A stretch of 64,000 nucleotides of DNA, taken from Balanoglossus misakiensis (Eukaryota; Animalia; Hemichordata). Shown piece by piece: positions 60,175 through 64,000 of this stretch. The stretch lies in contig CM082590.2 in assembly GCA_040954595.2 (NCBI GenBank), positions 9,053,764-9,117,763 of the forward strand, read 5' to 3'. The stretch's first letter is position 1, and each line of letters starts with the position of its first letter. The translations under genes and the position numbers were made by a program. Under the pieces are notes generated by a model, which saw only the letters and a list, made by a program, of their open reading frames with translations, was not told the DNA's origin and ran no database searches.

Positions 60175-60852
60175 AGTCATACTTTTGAGCTGTATTTTCA
60201 ACATGGCTGTCTATGTTGTTTCATTTTCAAGCGTGTAGTTAGTGAATGATGATGTGAGCTGTAGCCCCCTAGTCATCAAGCACCCCTCCCCCTCCCCCTG
60301 ATCCGTATGGAGTTGTACTTTTGAGCTGTATTTTCAACATGGCTCACTATGTTGCTACATCTGCAAGCTTTGATGAGAAAATGAACACATTTTGACTGTT
60401 AGGCAGACATGTAGTTAGTGAATGACGATGTGAGCTACAGCCCCCTAGTCATCAAGCACCCCTCCCCCCATTACATTAGTGAATGACAATGTGAGGTGAG
60501 CTATAGCCCCCTAGTCATCAAACAAAATGAACAAATTTCGACTGTCAGGCAGACATGTAGTTAGTGAAGGACAATGTGAGATATAGCCCCCTAGTCATCA
60601 AGCACCCCTCCCCTCCCCCCCCCTATATTAGTGAATGACAATGTGAGGTGAGCTATAGCCCCCTAGTTATCAAGTACCCCTCCCCCTCCCCCACTACATT
60701 AGTGAATGACAATGTGAGGTGAGCTATAGCCCCCTAGTCATCAAACAAAATGAACAAATTTCGACTGTCAGGCAGACATGTAGTTAGTGAATGACAATGT
60801 GAGATATAGCCCCCTAGTCATCAAGCACCCCTCCCCTTCCCCTTCCCCCTGA
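60175..60852. repeat. Complex minisatellite, ~55-65-bp core TTAGTGAATGAC(A/G)ATGTGAG..CTATAGCCCCCTAGTCATCAA repeated 7 times
   Basis: AGCCCCCTAGT(C/T)ATCAA at ~60263, 60439, 60504, 60585, 60657, 60728 and 60808, with higher-order duplications. Confidence 0.9.
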
Positions 60853-62229
60853 TCCAAATGAAACTGGTCATGGCCCCATCCAATGAAGTAGGCCAACTAA
60901 TGATGTATGCTGACCAGGCAAAATGTAACCGCTAACAATTTAGTTAAGGGTGTATGTAGCTTGCATGTAAAAATGAAAAAGGGTCAAGTTTTGCTCAGAG
61001 AGTTTGTTCTTCGCATATTGAAATTCTTACAAAAGTAGGTAGGTGTTGATTTTCCTGAGTTCAACAACATAAGGGACTGGTCAGTTTCTTCAACTGGGGG
61101 GTGGGGGGGATTCTATTTTGTGGATATCAAAAAGTGGGTGAACCCCTCCCCCATGCCAACTTTCAAAAACTTAGCGAATAAATAAGTTACAATTTGTATA
61201 CATGCGTAAATTTAAATAATTAAAATAAGACATGAATAAACTAAAAATACAAGTCATAATAATTGGCAGACATAGTAAATTAAGACAAGTGAACAGTGTG
61301 GGAGGGGGTGTCCCCCTCCCGTGTTAAGTCCTCAGATGAATGTGTACAGCAGGTTATTGACCACCACTTTGTATGCTTTGCCCATTCACTGCAAAAATGG
61401 AAAGCCATGTACAGTCCAGTCTGCAATAAATACCTAAATAATAATGTCCTCTAAAATGACAATTTCTTCCCAGTGTCATTAGACTTGCAATAATTTATTC
61501 AATCACTTTGTTTCTTATCAAATACTAGACTTATAAAAATATTGGTCAGTACATTCATTGTAGCTGCCATTTTCATAATGTACTATAAATAATTTAAAAA
61601 TTAAAAACTCTTGCAGAGGTTGACATTGAAAACAACTTGCAATATATTTAGGCCTTTGAATGCAATAAATTTGATTCTTATTCCATACTATCGTTTCCTA
61701 TGCCACTTGGATTTTTCAATAAAATAAATGAAAGTATTAGAAGACATTGTATGGACAGTTATTTTCATTTCACGTTGGTTTTTGAAGATCAATTCAATGG
61801 AAAATAATTATTTGCATTTTAATAATGTCTCTGGAAAATCATTGTCACAAGTGTGCTGCTACCAACATTAATATTTAACCACCAGCATGGTCGTCAGAAA
61901 TAGGCAAGAAATTACTTATGTGCAGAACATATAAAACACACTACACTACCAAAGTTAACGCCCTCCACGGTCAGATTGTAAATGAATTTGTTTTTATTGA
62001 AATAAATATACATGTATGGACAAATAAAAGTCTCTGGAAAATTATTGTTACAAGTCCCTCAACCCCACTACAATTGTTAATATCACCCCCAGCGTCGTGG
62101 TCATCTTCTTCATCGTTGTCAGGCGTAATAAATTATCTGTAAAGCCTTTGAAACACACAGTCAATCATTTGAAAACGTATGGCAATAGTCAATGACATGA
62201 TGTGAAGAACAGCGACCTTTTCCCAAAAT

Positions 62230-63912
62230 ACAGCCGCGCTATCGCCCTTAGGATATGGTTTTTGATAGTATCGCATAAACTACAGACATCTTTCTGTTGG
62301 ATTTACTATACTATGGAAGTTAGGGGTCGTAAATAAGCCCAATCTCATTGTAGCGAACCGAAAAGTAAGGTCATAGAACGTAATCTTATAGTCCATTTAG
62401 TTATAACTTAGTTTTCAGCATAATTATGCAAATGTGTTTGTGGCGTAATTGCTAGAGTGATTGTCTATGGTGCGAGAGGTCACGAGTTCGAATCCCACTA
62501 GGGATTCTATTTTTTTCTTCTTCTAGAGTAGATGTGGATTGTGTTCTTCTGTGTTATGATTTCCAAACAAAGTAACAAGTAAAAGCGGTGTCAATGTTCA
62601 AACCATCTTAACCTGTTAAAGTCACTATTTTCCGATATAATTTATAATTGCAAAAATAAAGTTGCGTGATCTGGCTGTGTGGTCTGGTATTTGACGGACA
62701 TCGTGCAAAGCGCCCTCTGGAGGGGTCCCCAACTAAGTGGACAGAATCCAGGGCTGTGTTGCGTTGCCCAAACACAGTCGCGATAGCGCCCTTTTAAATA
62801 AGTGTTTTGATAGTATCGCACAAAGTACAGACATCTTTCTATCGAGTTTATTCTACCATGGAAGTTACGGGCCGTAAATAAGCCCGCTCTCATCGTAGCG
62901 TCCCGAAAATAACTTAAGTAAACTACCAAGAGCATAGTCTATAGAATATATCTTAGTTTATATGCAAATTAAGCAGATAACTATGTAGCGTACTGGCTAG
63001 AGTGATTGGCTACGGTGCGAGAGGTCCCGAGTTCGAATCCCGTAAGGATTCATGTTTTTTTTTTCTATAGTAGACTGATGTCGATGACCACTGCATCTCA
63101 CGTGACTAAGGCAGACGCTCATCATGGTCTCATTCCTCCCCCTTTTCCCCGTGACGTCATTGCACCTTGATTACGTATACAGTACATTTACATGCGACTG
63201 TCATGTGACTGACTAATTGTCGATATCGTCTCTAGAGAGCGCTGTGCATGACCTTTAGCCTTCTGTGACGTGTGACTTGACCCAAACACAGGCGCGCTAA
63301 AGCCCTTAGAAAAATGCGTGTTTTCGACAGTAAAGTATAAACTATGAACATCTTTCTATCGAATTAACGTTACCGCCAACAGTATTGACCGAAAACAAGC
63401 TCAGTCTTCTTTTTGCAAGTCAAAAAGTACTTGCTTTTACGAGATCGAGCCATCTTGTTTACATACAATTACGTTGTGGCATTCATAACGTAGATGTTTG
63501 GTCTACCATACAAACATTAGCGTGGCCTAGTGGTTGGTGCCATGAACTGCCATGCGGCGGACCCGGGTTCGAGCCCCGGCAAGGGTGGGTTTTTTTTCAA
63601 CCAAAGGCCAAACACAGCGCCCTCTGGTGTTGTAAACCATAGTTTCCTTTGGTTCTTTGATCCAGTTATTTTCCTTTTTTTCTCTCTTAAAACAGGAATA
63701 TGCTCTTTTTATTTACTCTACCATGCATTAGAAGCTGTAAAAACCATTTTTTCATCGAAAAATTGGCTCTAATTCGTATTCTTGACTTATTAGTAAGTGA
63801 GGTAACCAATATATAGAAGTTCCGAGCATACAGTTGCATGAAGCTCCGTGGCCTAGTGGTCAAGGTAAGTGGCTAGCAAGTGGAAGGACGCGAGATCAAG
63901 ACCCGCTGGAGG
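62230..63912 (+). repeat. Array of ~530-550-bp diverged units, each ending in a tRNA-like Pol III head (A/B boxes); not functional tRNAs
   Basis: Heads at ~62438-62507, 62983-63050, 63518-63588 and 63843-63912. A-box T(G/A)GC(G/C)TA(A/C/G)T(T/G)G; B-box GAGTTCGAATCCC / GGGTTCGAGCCCC. The first three heads are followed by oligo-T. Upstream block TTTT(G/C)GA(T/C)AGTA...ACATCTTTCT is shared at ~62260, 62805 and 63321. Anticodon stems do not pair. Confidence 0.7.
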
Positions 63913-64000
63913 ACATGGTGCACATGGAGAAGACTGGACGTGGATGGAACATGGACACAGGTAAGATTTGCAGGTAAGTCAAAACATAGGGGAGGGGTCA

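Noticed and set aside
29520-60852. CRISPR-like arrays (30-bp ZNF-5 repeat, 60.2-60.9 kb minisatellite, repeated lncRNA units)
   Set aside because: Eukaryotic context, no unique spacers of constant length, and no cas genes. These are coding or tandem repeats.
62438-63912. Functional tRNA genes (Arg-ACG-like, Gly-GCC-like)
   Set aside because: Acceptor and anticodon stems do not base-pair. Reported only as tRNA-like heads.

Overview
Eukaryotic, intron-containing animal genomic DNA with AT-rich introns and GT-AG splicing. The gene content suggests a marine invertebrate, possibly a hemichordate or other deuterostome (inference only). From left to right: degenerate death-effector-domain (DED)-like remnants; a multi-exon ankyrin-Roc-COR-death-domain (DAPK1-like, kinase-less) gene; and a ~46 kb cluster of nine C2H2 zinc-finger genes. 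The cluster is interrupted by three intronless cytosolic sulfotransferases, a 5-exon gene for a CCCH-finger plus degenerate PD-(D/E)xK (REase)-like protein, and nested Helentron-type non-autonomous elements. After it come a spliced, apparently non-coding or smORF gene built from duplicated exon-intron units, a minisatellite, and an array of tRNA-like Pol III heads. Main finding: eight of the nine ZNF genes share an N-terminal domain that I do not recognise and that the ORF track shows only in fragments. It is split over three exons: an exon-1 beta-strand motif, an invariant 123-nt phase-1/1 exon 2 (DCxxxWEE...LSxK), and the exon-3 start (EKxxIxNFLxxxGxI). This KRAB/ZAD/SCAN-like architecture suggests a lineage-specific effector-ZNF family. 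All gene models were read by eye from splice signals and have no transcript support.
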